Source of the DNA: Gracilinanus agilis
Taxonomy: Eukaryota
Assembly: GCF_016433145.1 (NCBI RefSeq)
Contig: NC_058135.1
Coordinates: 62,024,904 to 62,088,903 of the forward strand
Reading direction: 5' to 3'
Length of the DNA: 64,000 bases
How positions within the stretch are numbered: position 1 is the stretch's first letter; every line of letters starts with the position of its first letter. This document shows, piece after piece, positions 48,513-62,614 of this stretch. The notes beneath the pieces are model-generated. The model saw only the letters and a program-made list of their open reading frames with translations. It ran no database searches and was not told the DNA's origin. The position numbers were made by a program, and so were the translations under genes.

Positions 48513-51117
48513 GCCCTGCATCATACTGCTTTTTATAGAGTAATTATGAAACTCAAATGAGATGATATAGATTCTTTGCAAGTGCTAAGTACGATATGTA
48601 AATGTTAGTTATTACTATTGAGTACATGAGGCAGAGCCTCTGAAAAGAGACAACTTGTGCTGTAATTATCATTTCAAGGTCATTTGGAGGTCTATTGTTT
48701 GTAGCACTGCCATGGCTGAGACCACTGTCGAAGCCTGACCTCCCTCCAGCCAACACAAATCTTTCTAACTTTCTAATTGATGAAGTGACATTGAAAGAAG
48801 ACCCAAACCACCATATTTGGATAAATAATGTCCTTCTGCCTCCAAGGCAATAAGAAATAAATATAAGGATACCCACAGATTTCTAAAGGGAACCAAAGGC
48901 TAGGGCAGGGTTAGGAGAAATCATTTAAAGACTCCTTCAGATTTGGTGATTAACAAAACAAAGAGAAAGCTTTGATTGCTTGACAATATATTATTCCAGT
49001 ACTTTTTCCTTGGTGACAAAGTCTGTTACTAACACTCCCTAAACCCAACCCAATCAACACACACACCTAATCTTGCCTTGATCTGAATTTAGTATCTTAA
49101 ATCCTTCCCAAGATAAGAATCTAACAGCCTAAATCCTGTAGCCAATAACCCATGTACCTCATCCTCTGACCTTGTAGTTCTATGTTCCTGAGCATAAGTT
49201 TACCCTCATGGTTTAAGATTCCTATCTAGGCAATTTTGAGTTGTTTTCCTACCTGTCAAGCAGCAAGTCTTGTCTGGTAGAGTGAAAGGAATTAATAGCC
49301 ATGAGTTAAAATCCCAGCTCTGCCACTTGTAGGCTATATTACCACTCTGGACCTCAGTTTCTCCATCTGTGAAATGGAGATTGACAACACTCACATGGCC
49401 TAAGTCAGAGGGTTGCAGTGAAGCTCAAATGAGATAATATTTGTAAAGCATTTCTTAAATCAGAGTACTTTATTAACTCAAGCTTTTCCTATTTGGCTCA
49501 TCTTAAACAGGAAAACCCATAAGCCTCTAAGGCTAGATGCTTCATTTTTTAAATGCTTTATGGAAAATAACATGGAAAGATGTTCAGATATGTCCCCCTA
49601 AAATAGAGGATCTTATCCTTTTTTGAATAATGGAGCCTTTTGGTTGAAACCTATTAACCCCTTCTCAGAAGAATGTTTTTTAAGTGCATGAAGTAAAATA
49701 TATAGGATTTTTAAAAGGAACCAAAGATTGTGTGAAAATAAAGATTTTTTTTCCAATGCAAGTTCAAAGACTTCCTGAAATCTATCCACCACCCCCATGA
49801 GTGTCCATTGACAAGAATCCTTGCCTTGAAAGAAGAAAATTCTTAATAGAAGTGTTACTATAGAAGCATTGTAAATCATAATGAAAATGAAATTCAAATG
49901 GGCCTCAATAGGGCATTTAAGGATTTGAAGTGAAAAGACCTAGGTTCAAATCCTGTCTTTGTCACCTATCAGCTAAATGACCTATCTCCACCATAGTTCC
50001 TTATCTTATAAAAAGAGGGCATTGGACTAGGAAGCCTCCAAGATCTTTTGCAACCCTATGCAAGTCTATGATTTTCAGTAGTGGTAAATTCCCCTTGGTG
50101 CTGATTCCCCTTAGTTCTCTTACCAGCTCCTCATTTTTCCAAGGAAATTCATCACCTGATAAGAGTGATATTGAGAGTAACAGATAATGAAAGTTCCAAG
50201 CTTATGTTCTAGTGATCCAAGATAGTCCATATAAGGTAGTAGCTATAAATGTAGCTCTCCTCAATATTCCAGGAATCAGGAGACTAAGGAAAAGTTGTAT
50301 CCTCTCATTAGCAAGGTAAATGAAACAATGACATCCAATAAGCACCCCCATTTGAAAGATAAATAGAGACAGTTTACTTTATGAACTCCATTTCCCCAAG
50401 ACAGAAATGCTGAACACAAAATGTCATAAATCAGCTGGGATGACTTCCATGCATGCTTGGAGTTCCTCCATTATGTATCAAATCAGGGGCACTAGACAAT
50501 TTTACTTTCACATAATACATAACCAACTCCAGCCTCATTCGTGGAAATGTTCAGGCACCAGTGGACTGGCAAAGTGTTAAATTCAAAAGGAATAAAGTCC
50601 CTGTTGCCTCCTTTTACAAAATGTCACCTCATGGTAAAAGGTCATTTTTAAGAGGTCCCTAAAGAAACATATGAATGAACAAGGGCCAAAAGCCAGATGC
50701 AGTAAAATAAAGTAAATTGACTGGGTTAGGAGGAATAAAAGTACTGCTAATAACATACAAATTTGGCAGCCAGAGTAGATTGTTTCAAATGATCTCCCTT
50801 AGGGAGAGAGAGACACCAGCGTCTTCAGTCTCATTTGAGATGTGTTTTTGATTGCTCAGAAATGCCTTGCAAAGACATTTGAGCAGAGATCCTTTTTCTT
50901 TCCTAATTACAGTGGCATTTTCCAGAATTGAAAACAATCTGAAAATGTGTAGATGTGTTTCAAAGTAGTTATTAAGAGCAGGAACTGAACTCCCTACTCT
51001 TTGTATCATATAGAATACCAAAACTATCAACTGCCAACAGACAAATGGGCCACCTCCAAGGATGAGCCTTTGAGACTAGTCAATTCAATTCAATTCAATT
51101 CCAAGAACATTTTGTGG

Positions 51118-51350
51118 GTGTTTAGTCATTTCAGTCATATCTGACTATTCGTTATCCGATCTGGGGTTTTTTTTGGCAGAGATACTGAAATGGTTTGCCA
51201 TTTCCTTCTCCAGCTCATTTTACAGATGAGGAAACTGAGGCAAACAGAATTAAGAGACTTGTCCAACGTCACACAATTAGTGTCTGAAGTCAGATTCCAA
51301 CTCATAAAGATTAGTCTTCCTGACACCAGACCCAGTATGCCACCAAGCCT
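51118..51350 (-). mobile_element. Mar1 CORE-SINE
   Basis: tggtttgccatttccttctccagctcattttacagatgagg. Confidence 0.85.
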
Positions 51351-52184
51351 CCCATATTGGGTGCTAGGGTGTGTGAATTTCAATATAAAACTAAAGCAAC
51401 AAGCATTTATGAAGCACCTGAAGTGTACAAAACCTAAAGTAGAATAGCATCTGCCTTCAAAAAGCTACAGAGATAGGAAATTTTAGAGTATGCACAAACC
51501 AAATAAATATTCAATGATAATCTGATTCCTATAGATTTTACCAATATATTTTAGCTTCCAATCAAGTCTGCTCTTCCACTAATTTGTCACTTTTCCCCCT
51601 GCCTCTATTGTGCTTGCTCTTACCTCTGAGGATAAGCGAAGAACAGAAGCATCATTCAAAGTTTTTTACATTTATGGAAAATGTAGAGCTAGAATTTAAG
51701 CCTAAATAGCTAACATTCCTTTACCCTTACTCATGTCCTACCAGTTACCCCAGGTCTTTTGGTAATTGATTATCCCCTTTCATGTTCCCTCATTAATAGC
51801 CCTAAGAAGCTGGCCTCTCAGAGAGCAATATTACTCCCTTGGAGTTCTAGCATATGTAAGAGAAGGATGTACTTTCCTTGCCCTTAACTCCATCTCTGGA
51901 GCATTCAGAGAGGAGTTGGGAGAAAGGAATAAGATGGAGCATAGCAAGGTACAAAAAATTTAGTTCTGACTCTCAGACATTGAATATCATGAGGTATTGA
52001 TCACTGTCAAGTCTAATCTAGCAAATAGTCCTCCTTATACCTGGACAGGTATAAGAGTCCTGTAGCAGGAAAGGAATTTGAACTCATTTTCCCAACTCCA
52101 AGTTCCAGAATTCTATCCACTATGCCACTTAGTCATCCCATTCAAATTTTCACCTCCTGTACATTTTTTCCTTCAATTAACACT

Positions 52185-53090
52185 CAAAAACAATTTATCC
52201 AATGTTTTATATGCCTTCTTCTTGATCATCTATAATTAGGGGAATACAAGTACAAAATTCAAGCAGTCCATCTGTTGTTTCTCAATATTGATCCATGACT
52301 ATCCTACCTCCCTTTCTAATCATTCTTGTCATAGAAAATACCATTTCTTTTACTTAATGCATGAAAATTATTATTAATAATATGAAATAATCTATTTCTA
52401 CTCATCACACTTCTTTCCATTGCCCTTTGCATCTCCTGCAATTTTGAGCCCCTTGAGATTTTTCGAAGACATATAATAAGTATCCCTCGAAGAATATTAT
52501 GTTTAAAAATTAAAACATTTAGCAGAAGGAAGATGCTGAAGAGTACTAAAAACACCATGCATGGATTTTCATTTAAAGAGGAGGTGGAGAAAGATATTGG
52601 GAAAAATTTAGGTGATGAAAACAAAAGATAAAAATAAAAATGTATTGTAAAGGAAAAGGCTATGAAGTTTTCCCAGTGTTGTCTAGCCCATTTTCCTTCT
52701 TTTCAATGTTGAGCCTGGACCATTATCCATCATGAGTATTTATCCAAGATATATAGGCTGAGAGACTAATTCTATGAGCTATTTATCCAATTGTATGTCA
52801 TAATCTGGAAAATATGCATTCTTTAAACACTTGATTTTTCCTGCAGGGATTGCCAGGCCAAGTTCTTCTGAGAATCTGTGCCTCTCACTAAGGAAGCCTT
52901 GTAGAGTTCTGGAGTCTAAAGTGATAAGTCCAATGTCATCCTCAAATGAGCATCTGAAAAATTCCACCATCTGTTGAATTTTTTCCTTGATCTGTACTTC
53001 ATGCAAAATGGCTCCATGGCTGATGTGTGACTCATATTGATAATCAAAGGATCCTTGAATAGTTATCTTTGTGGTAACATCTAGCAATAA
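52185..53090 (-). mobile_element. Degenerate RTE-clade LINE fragment (RT core to C-terminal region)
   Basis: Translation gives SFEDDIGLIT (decayed FADDIVLI, 52935-52946), LGLAIPAGKIKCLKNAY..DYDIQLD, a YLG motif and QRAMER (52412-52429), all characteristic of RTE ORFs. Confidence 0.85.
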
Positions 53091-55324
53091 ATCTTATATA
53101 AGCCTAGTATATGCAATGGAACCACCTTTTGGAAACTTAAAAGTTGCCTTTTGCACTAATGCTTCTTTTCTATTATAAAAATAATAATAAACACAACAGG
53201 TCTTATCTTCCTTATACCTCTTAGTCAATTTTTGAATAATATATAAAGGCACAATTTTGTGCAGAAAACTATCTACAAAACCCTCTCCATTTTCTTCTCA
53301 TAATTTCATCAAGAATATTGTGTTTGTACAAAACTTTATCATAGATTTCATAGAAATAAGAAAGTGAACACATCAGTGTTACCAATAAAGTATCAACAAT
53401 GGTCATACTAAATATCTTCATATTTTCCTTTTTTAGTAAACAGATAAAATGAGATAATATATATATATATATAAAGAGCACTGCAAATCTTAAATAATAT
53501 ATAAATGCTAGATATTGTTATTCAAATTAATAAAAATATCATTGATGACATTTTCCATTTTTAGGAAGAATATCATAAATCTAATGCTAGAAGGAACCCT
53601 CTGAGGCTATCTGGTTCAAATGCTTTATTCTATAGATGGAAAAACTGAGGTCTAGGAAGCTTGTTATTTGTCCAAAGGCATACAGAGTTATGTTATCATA
53701 GTTAGTATCAAAGAAGGGATTTGAATCCAAGACCTCTGACCTGGAGCTATTCTCCTTTCCACTATATCAACCTGCCTCCCTAGAAATTCATCTCTGTAAG
53801 ATACTCTAAAACTGAATTGAAATGCCTATGAAATTGTGTTCTTTTTAGAATGGATATCCTTGTATATTTTGGGGCAAGTCTAACTTTTTTCTCTGACCTC
53901 ATTTTCTAATTCTACTTCTTTACATAGTTCATCAAGTACTGAGGTATTAGACAGAATATGATGGATCTACTATTATTAGTAATGAGAATAAATTAATATA
54001 GAAACATTCAGTTCTTTCCATTCCAGAGTTATTTTCTTATCTTTCCACTTTTACCAATAAATACTCTTGAGATTACCTGGTTTAGTTTGTCTCCTGGAAA
54101 ACTTTCTGCAAGTTCATTTTTTTCATCCATTATTTTTCATTGATCAGTGAAACAATACTACTTAGCTTCCTTCATCTCCCTTGATAATATTTTACATATT
54201 AGCTTAGATTCAAAATTTTTCTTGTCCTTGACTGACATAGCTCTCTGCTTGTCAAGGAGATAAAAGGGCTGGGATGATTTCCCAAGATCTTTTGGCCTTC
54301 TCATTGTGAAATTTGTTTTATAGCAATTAAACTTCTCTATGAAATGGTAATAATAAGTCAGTGCCTTTTTATCCATTTCTAATTTTTTTAGAGTCAATAG
54401 TTTGTTAGATTAGATTAAAGCTATTAAAATTGCATTCATCATTTTATTTATAGCTCTCCTAATTAATTAGATGTTAATTTTTACTTTAATAAGTCAATGC
54501 TATGACTGAATAATGATAGTTGGTTCTGAAACAAAAAATATTTTCTTCAGCATGTAGTGCACAGAATCTGAAGAGAAAAGGGAATTAGATGAGGAGTTAA
54601 AAATAAAAAAAAATCACAGAAATCCATTTTAATAGTGGTTATACCATTAACCATACATATTAGCTATTATAACATTAACTATACACATACTTGTTGGTAC
54701 TCCTTGTCTGTCAAAAGTAGATCAGTTGATAAATTTGTGATTTGTCTTCATGCCAGTTTCATCATGATAAAAGGAAATGATTCAAGATGTGATTAGGACC
54801 ATAAATTTGTTGCTGAAATAGAAATGATGGAAATCATTCATAGAGGTTTTGGTATTAAAATTAAATAAAAACTAAGTAGAGAGGGTTCAGGGTAAGAATA
54901 GAATCCGAAAGCTTAATATTCTGTAAGAGAAGTCAAACAAGAATCACAAAGGTTACAGAACTCAAAGAGGTGGAAGGAACCCAAGAGAACATCTAGTCCA
55001 AACCATATCTGAAGAGAGGTGAGAAAAATCTCAAGAATTGAATCATGAACAATATAGAATGGTTCCAATGAGGAGGAAAACAATGAATTTCCTAAAGTAA
55101 TCATTGCGGCTGCCCAGGAAATTCATCCAGGTATCCTATGCTGACACATATTCCATTCGTCCCTTCTCTTCCTTCAAAGATCAGTTCAGTGCCTCTTCCA
55201 TCTTTCTGATACTTAACTTTCTTGTACATATGTTGTAAACTGAGAGTAGAATGTAAACTCTTCGAGGATCAAGATTTTTTTTATATATTTGCCTTTCCAT
55301 CCTCAGAGCCTAGTTGTCATAATT

Positions 55325-55490
55325 GTGGTTTAGTCGTTTCAGTTGTGTCCAATTCTTCTTGATCATATATGGAGTTTTCATTGCAAAGACACTAGAGTGT
55401 TTTGCTGTTCCCTTCTCCAGCTCATTTTACAGTTGAGAAACTGAGACAAACAAGGTCAAGTGACTTACTAAAAGCCACATAGCTAGTACT
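55325..55490 (-). mobile_element. Mar1 CORE-SINE
   Basis: tagtcgtttcagttgtgtcc...ttcccttctccagctcattttacag. Confidence 0.8.
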
Positions 55491-55819
55491 ACACTTGTCA
55501 CCTAATGTTTTTTCATTGAATTAGACAAGTCATATTTTTCAGAGATATATTTTAAAGTAGAAGCAAAAGCAAGTAACTGAGGACAAACAGGAAGGAGTAA
55601 CATGGTCCTATAAAAACAGCCAATAAAGCCCTTGATAAATCAAGGCAAGGAGTCAATGCTTAAGATAATGAACAAAAGGGTTTGATTATTTTACTATGTT
55701 GGGAGGAAGAGGAAGAGCAAAGAAGGCAAATAGTCATTGTCTAACTCGGGTTGGATGGTCAAATGACAAATAACAACCATGAAAAGATTTTTAACTACTG
55801 GACCCTTTTTTAATAGAAA

Positions 55820-56200
55820 AATTATTCAACTCTTCTAACATTACAAAAATTTCTCCTAGGATCCCTCTTCCGCTCCTCTCCTAGAGAATCATCCAATATA
55901 ACAAATATTTTTAGAGGAAAAAATAACAGTACCAATACATTAAAAACTCCGAAAATATTAGCCAGGTTCTCATATCTCCATGCTTAATCTTTATAATTTT
56001 GTAACAGCTCCCTTGATTGCATTTGCATTGTTGTTGATATTTTGCACATTGTTTTCTTGACTCTGCTTGCTTCACACATCAGTTCATTTAAGTCTTTCCC
56101 TGTTTCTCAATATCTATCACATCATTTCTCAAGGCATAGATTATTTCATTATATTCAGGTACTGCAATTTGTTTAGCAATCCCCCACAGGAAGGGTATTC
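55820..56200 (-). mobile_element. Old L1 3' fragment
   Basis: tgcacattgttttcttgactctgcttgcttcac...atcagttcatttaagtctttcc and ttgtttagcaatccccca. Confidence 0.7.
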
Positions 56201-57207
56201 ACTTTGTTTCCATGAACTACTCAAATGTAATTTTGTTTCTGTTTCCTTGTCCAAGGAGAATGTTTTTTGCTTTGGGCAGAATAGAGTGGGTGCCAGAAGG
56301 GTTAAACTAGTGACTGACATCAATGAGGAAATGTTAATTGAGCTCCTATCTGCCCTTAATGAGTTCAACTCAAAAAATCCTGACAAATTACTTTCTAAGA
56401 TATTGGAAAAAATTAGCAAGTATGATTAATGAGAGTCTGTTAGTGATATTTGAAAGACCATGGGCAATAGGAGAAATAGAAGAAGATTGGAAAACAGGAA
56501 TTATCTTTAATTTTTTGTTATATTCCTAATGCAATACAATGCCTGGCATAAAGGACAATCTTGAATGTTTATGGACTAATGTCAATGAAGATAAATGTAT
56601 TGATTTTTAAAAAAAGAAAAATGGGGTCAGAAAAACTCTAGTTCAGTGAGTTCACTTCTTTTTCTGGCAAAATTCTAAAATACTTCATTAAAGAGACAGG
56701 GTTTATTTTTTAATTTCTAGTAAGAAAAATAGGGATCACTAAAGAGGAAAAAAAGGTCACTATAACTTCATTGAGAACAGGTCATGCCAAATCAACTTCA
56801 TTCCTTTTCTTGATAATATCACTAAACTGGTACACCAAGAAAATGTTATAAACATGACATAATCCATGCACTTAAAGAACTAACAGTCTTAAATGGGGAG
56901 AAAACATGCAAACAACTATATACAACCAAGATATAGCCAGGATAGGTGGAGATAATCTAAAAGGAAAGATATTAGCATTAAAAGGGGGACTTGTAGAAGG
57001 TATAATTTTAGCTGGAATTTCAAGAAAGCCATGACATAGAGACAAGCAAGTAAGGGGAAATTTTTAAGAATGAGAGACAATCAGGGGAAATGCAAGCATT
57101 TAGAACTGAAAGAGACCTTACTAGTCATCTAGTCTAGCCCCTCATTTTAAAGATGAGAAAACTAAAGCTCAGAAGTGTTAAATGATTTGTCTAAGATCAT
57201 TCAAGTG

Positions 57208-57219
57208 GATAGATAGAAG

Positions 57220-57291
<72 letters not shown>

Positions 57292-57300
57292 TGATAGATA
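57208..57300. repeat. (GATA)n microsatellite
   Basis: Near-pure tetranucleotide array of about 20 units. Confidence 0.98.
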
Positions 57301-57700
57301 TACCCACATATTTATTACTATATTTTTCATTTAAATAAAATTTCTTCCAGAATTCCTCTTCCTCTCCTTTCTGAGAAGATCATCCCACATAAAAATATTT
57401 TTAAAGAAAGAAGAGGGGGAAATAGCAGAATAAATTAATATATCAAAAAAGAAAAGTCTGAAAATATACTCCATGTTCCATAGCCAGGGAACCCCCACCT
57501 CTGCAAAGGATTATTATAATGGAGATGCTTTCTCATATCTCCATACTCATTCTTTGTAATTTGGTAGCATTCATTCTTGATTGCTTTGTGGATGTTCTTT
57601 CCATTTATGTTGTAAGCATTTTGTATATTGTCTGCTTGCTTCATTCAGCATTGGTTCATTTATCTCTTTCCTTGCTTCTCATATCCCAACTTCCCTATGC
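57300..57700 (-). mobile_element. Old L1 3' fragment
   Basis: Similar to 55820-56200 (ttcctctcctttct...gagaagatcatcc, ctgcttgcttcattcagc). Confidence 0.65.
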
Positions 57701-60649
57701 CACATTGGATAAATGATAACACAATCAATTCAATTAGAATTAATCGAATGACCAGAACCCAAAACCAAAATGGAGGAAGGTCGAATTTGGCAGGGTGTCT
57801 CTTATAGATTACTAAAGAGACCTTCCCTTGACTCTATGCTTTTTAATATGTAAAACTATGATTTGGATGAAGGTACATAAAGCATGCTTGTCAAATTTGC
57901 AGATGAAATGAATTTGGCATGGAAAGCTAACACACTGGATGTCAGAGATCTGATCCAAAAAGATCTTGACAGACTAGAAAGATAAATAAGCCAAGTCTAA
58001 TAAGACAAATAAGACAAATTTAATAGGAACAAATAAAGAACACTTGGGTTTATAGTCTTCAGATTGTGATTCTTGGCTCCCTCTTTCTTTTTTCTCACCT
58101 CTTTTTCTCCTCCTTTCTCCTCCTCTCTCCACAGTCACTAGGCACAGATTGGTGCTACTTAGGGCTACCCACCATTCTGTCCTGCCATGAATTTCATGAA
58201 TGTGCTGGTTCCTAATGGGCTCTTCCATCTATAGCTAAGCAGGCTTTTGGAGCCTTCCAAGCCTGCAAGAACTTGCCAGATGTTGTATTCTGCTAGTAAG
58301 TACCCAGGGTCACCCCCAAACAAGAAAGTAGCGTAGAGAATATCTGCCCAAATCTACATAGCCAATATCAATAGCCTCTTCGGTCCATTTGGAGAGATGG
58401 CGATGGGAGGGCATGGTGCACCAGGCCAGGGCACACTGCATCTGGTATGTACAAGTGCTTCAGGGAAAATGAGAACACCTGCATCATTGCTTTATGACTG
58501 AACTGGCCTTTTGTCTAACCTGTCAACCGCCCTGTTGGAAATCCCTCACCCTGACATGATAACAAGAGAACCAGTTTTTCAGATAAAATGTTCTCGTACT
58601 CCCAGAAGCAAGCCCCAACTCATATGCTCTGTGTGCCACACCGGCTCCTTTCAGCAGGCAGCTGGTAATTACAGTGATGGTTGGCTCCCAGCAAGGGTCG
58701 CCCCCCCCCCTGAAACTTTCACTTATTTGTTTAACTAGGAGTGAAATTGTGATTTACATGCCTCTCTCCCAAGGTGGTCTTCTCCCAGAACTACAGCCAA
58801 ATGATCATCCCCAGGCTGAGCCCAGAGTAAATAAAACCAGTTGTCTCCTTTTCTAAAGTGGGAAGTCTAATCCTGCAGGCTTGATTGTTTTCCTAATTAG
58901 AGGCTCCAGTCATTACTGCAGTCCTTGGTGGTAGGAGAACTGGGTAATAAGGCCCACCCCTTCCATGAGCCCACCTGGTTTAAATCGATTTCAGCCCACT
59001 CCAAACCCTACTCAGCAACAGGTCCCCAAAGCCTCTGTTCAGGGATCTGATTCTCTTCCTTCACCCTTTTCTACTCCTCCAACCCCTGATATGGCGAATG
59101 GGAAACTGGGCTTGGTGTCAGAAAGACAGGGTTTAAAAATCTATAAAATTATGAGGTTCTCTTCTGCTGTCATTTCCAACCCTAAATCTGAGATCTACAA
59201 TTCCCCAGTGAATCTTTACACCACTGTCACCATCCCCAAACTTGATCATAGCCAAGAAAGTAGACCAGCATCTTCTCCTATATCCTGATAAATATTATTC
59301 CATTCCAATTTCTCAGAGCACAATGGGAATATTATTTTCTTAGCTCATTTCTCCATGCTGGGATGAGGGGCAGGAAGAAGGGCATATATCATGTAGGATT
59401 CTCTTGTCTGTTTGGTAGAAGGACACAATTCTAGCCTGAATAAGAAAAGCTTACAGTAAGATGAGAACTTTAGACAAGCACTTTTTCCAGGTGAAGGAGC
59501 CAACAAGCTAGAAACTTCTATTATATCTCAGAATACAGGGCTTTAAGAGACTTAAAACTGGGCTCATTGGCTCACACCTTTGATTACATTTACCTATCCA
59601 AATCCATATCAAACAGTCCCCCTGACAATAGACCTTTGTCCTGGGCACCCAGCCATCTAACAGCTAAAATAAAGAGCATGGAAACCCTTAGTTGGAAGCA
59701 AAAGGACCCAATACATCAGACCTCAATAACACCTTTTGGTCAGTCTCTAATTTGCTTTGCAAACAGGAGTCTTCACAAAACTCCTTTTTCAGAAACTGGG
59801 GGGGTGGGAATCAAGATGCAGCTTGAGTAAGGAACCAGAGCCTTACCTCACCTAGGGAATCATGGGAGAGGATGGCCAAGGACCCAGAAGACTTTCCTAA
59901 CTGGCTAGTGATGCTGAGACTTTAAAGCTGCCTCTCTTGCAAAGTAACTGTCAAACCTACCTCAGCCTCCAGGGACAATTTGATAATATGGCTTCTAGGA
60001 AAGGGGATTTAGGAGCTGTAACAGGAAGTCTCAGTGGTGAAGAGGTCATGCTCCAAGAGTGGTCTAAGGCATTTGCTTTCCAAAGTACAGAGCCAGGAGG
60101 ATTAAGGGAGACTGGGAGGAGGAAACCAAAGCAGCTTTCTGCCACCCACCTGAAGGTCTATCAAGGCACTGAGTAATCAAACTAGTGTTCCTGCTGATTC
60201 AGCTGGTCTAGAAGACAAAAATCAAGATTTTGGACTTGCTGTTTCTGTCAGAAACCTTTTTAATTATTTAGTTCCCCAGTAAATACAGAAAGTTTGGGGA
60301 CCTGTTACTGAGTAAGGTTTAGAGTGGGCTGAAGATAATTTTAAACCAAGAGGGCTCATGGAGGGATTGGACCTTACTCCTTGCCATTCTATTATCTTCT
60401 GCTCCATTCCAATTATTTTTGTTAGTAGTGTTTTGTTTTGTTTTAATCCTAAAAGTTACCAACTAGCCAGTAGGAAAAGGGCACTAGATTTGGGGTCAGA
60501 GAACCCAGATTCAAATCTTGATTCTGCCACTTACCATTTGTGTAACCTTAGGCATTCTCTGGGCTAGTTCTCTCACCTGTGAAATGGACTGGGCTAAATT
60601 AAAGGTCTGGATCGCTATAATTCAATAAACCCAAGACAGTGTGAGGCCG

Positions 60650-60875
60650 GTAGGTGGTGGCACTGTGGATAGAGCACTAAGCCTGGAGTCAGCAAAACCT
60701 GAGTTGAAATGTGGCCTTAGATACTTAGGTAAGTCAACTTAACCCTGTTTGCCTCAATTTTATAACCTATACAATGAGCTGGAAAAGGAAATGGCAAACT
60801 ACTCCAATAGCTTTGCCAAGAAAACTCCATATGGGATGACAAAGAGTCATGACTGAGAAACTACTGAACAAGAAC
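60650..60875 (+). mobile_element. Mar1 CORE-SINE
   Basis: gagctggaaaaggaaatggcaaactactccaatagctttgccaagaaaac. Confidence 0.85.
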
Positions 60876-61339
60876 AAAGACAGTATGAATTCACCTGTGT
60901 TTTCTCATCAAATAAGAATGGAAGAAAAGGAAAGTTACCACTTAAAGCATTACTCTATTTCACCCAGCTAAAGTGGTTTCTAACCTCAGAAACCATAAAC
61001 AAAGGGAGAAAGATGTTCTATTCCGTAAGAGGGAAAATCCCCCTGAATTACAAGTCTTAATAATAAGTTGTTTCTCTGGTCCTTCTGGCAGGCTCTGACC
61101 CCCCACGAAGTCCCCTAACACTTCCTTTGCCCACAGTGTCATTAGTAAAGGACCCCACAGCGACTTGAGCTTAGCAGAACTCTCCATTAGCCTGAAGCCC
61201 CAAACCTCGAAATAACTAGCCTAGGTATCTTTTTGGCTTGTGGGCAGTGACTCCTTCCCCTACTCTGATTATCTAGGAGAAAAAAGCTTTTTTATTTGTT
61301 TCTTATCATGAAACACACATGTCAGACATGTTTTTGTTA

Positions 61340-61575
61340 TTGAGTCATTTTTCAGTCCAGTCTGCCTCTCTGTGACCCCATTTGGAGTTTTCTTGGCAAA
61401 AATATTGAAGTGATTTACCATTTCCTTCTCCAGCTGAGAAGGAGGAAAACAAGATAAAGAGAGTTAAGGGACTTGCTCAGGGTCACACAGCTCGTAAGTG
61501 GCTGAGGCTAGATTTGAACTTGGTTCTTCCTGCCATCAGGTCCGGTACTCTATCCACTGCAACACCTAGCTTCCC
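61340..61575 (-). mobile_element. Mar1 CORE-SINE
   Basis: gtgaccccatttggagttttcttggcaaaa...ccatttccttctccagct. Confidence 0.85.
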
Positions 61576-62614
61576 CTTTAGGAATGTTTAACTGTTATTT
61601 GCATCAGTAATAGGAAAATACCTATAATATTAATAAAATGGAGGTTAAGCCTCAGCTTGCTGAAAACAGCAAAAAGTCCCAGAATTCAGTTTTGATCTAT
61701 TTTTTCACCTTCAAAATTGTTCCCCGCCCAAATCACAGTATTTATACATGTACAAAGACACAAAGCCTGACTTGAACAGAAACAATGGAGAGGGATGACA
61801 AAGGGGCATACACTTGACTCTTTCCAGTTATCCACATTTTACATTATTATTTAAATTTTACAGTTAATAATTTGTTATTTAAATTTTATAAATAGGCATG
61901 CTCTGTAACATCCTTGAATGAGGGGCTGCTCTAAAACTATTTCCATTTTACATATAAGGAAACTGAGGCACCAGCACAAAGATTAGATTCAGCATTGCCC
62001 CTTCACAGTCAAGATGTTTTTGTTGACAGGTCAAAGAGAGAAACAACAAAGCAAATCAGTGACTAAAGAAGATAAAACTTCAAGCTCGCCCTCTCTCTGC
62101 TTGATCATAGAGTCACCTTGTCACTCCCACGTGGTCTTTCAGATGGCTGACCCTTCTGAAATGTCACTGACTGTATAGGTGCGTATCTTTATGGAGCTAA
62201 CCAGTTCTTATTATCTCAGTTGTCCATACTATCTGGCCCTAAGTAGCTTAGATCCCCTCTCTACATATTTTCATATTTGGGGGGCATTAGCACAAGATTG
62301 CAAATGAATATAAAAATAGATAATACTTTAAGCTTTATCAGTCTGTCCAGTGATCAAAAGGCAAAGGTCAAGATGGAACAAGGAGCACTATCTGTTGTTG
62401 GGTTGAGGTTTTTTTATTTGTTTGTTTGGGGGGGGGTCCTCTTACTTACTTACTGGCAGGAACTGTAACTCAGACTGGATATGTCTGCTAGCGGCAATGT
62501 GCGGGATTGTTTAAGTATCGAAATGCTTCAAGAATATGCCTCCAGTGGCAGTCTTCCACACCAAGGTCTCTAAAAGGAGATTTCTAAGGGCTAGCTAAAA
62601 GATATTACTATACA

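Larger units (their letters stand above)
56250..58050 (+). mobile_element. Fragmented CR1/L3 LINE reverse-transcriptase fossil, interrupted by later insertions
   Basis: LSALNEFNSKNPD (cf. LNEFKSPGPD), VIFERPW..GEI.EDWK, NRSCQINFI and VKFADE (57893-57907)...IQKDLDRLE, in collinear order. Confidence 0.85.

Noticed and set aside
56067-56529. 120-aa and 63-aa plus-strand ORFs
   Set aside because: They are chimeric read-through of an old L1 fragment and the CR1/L3 fossil, not a host gene.
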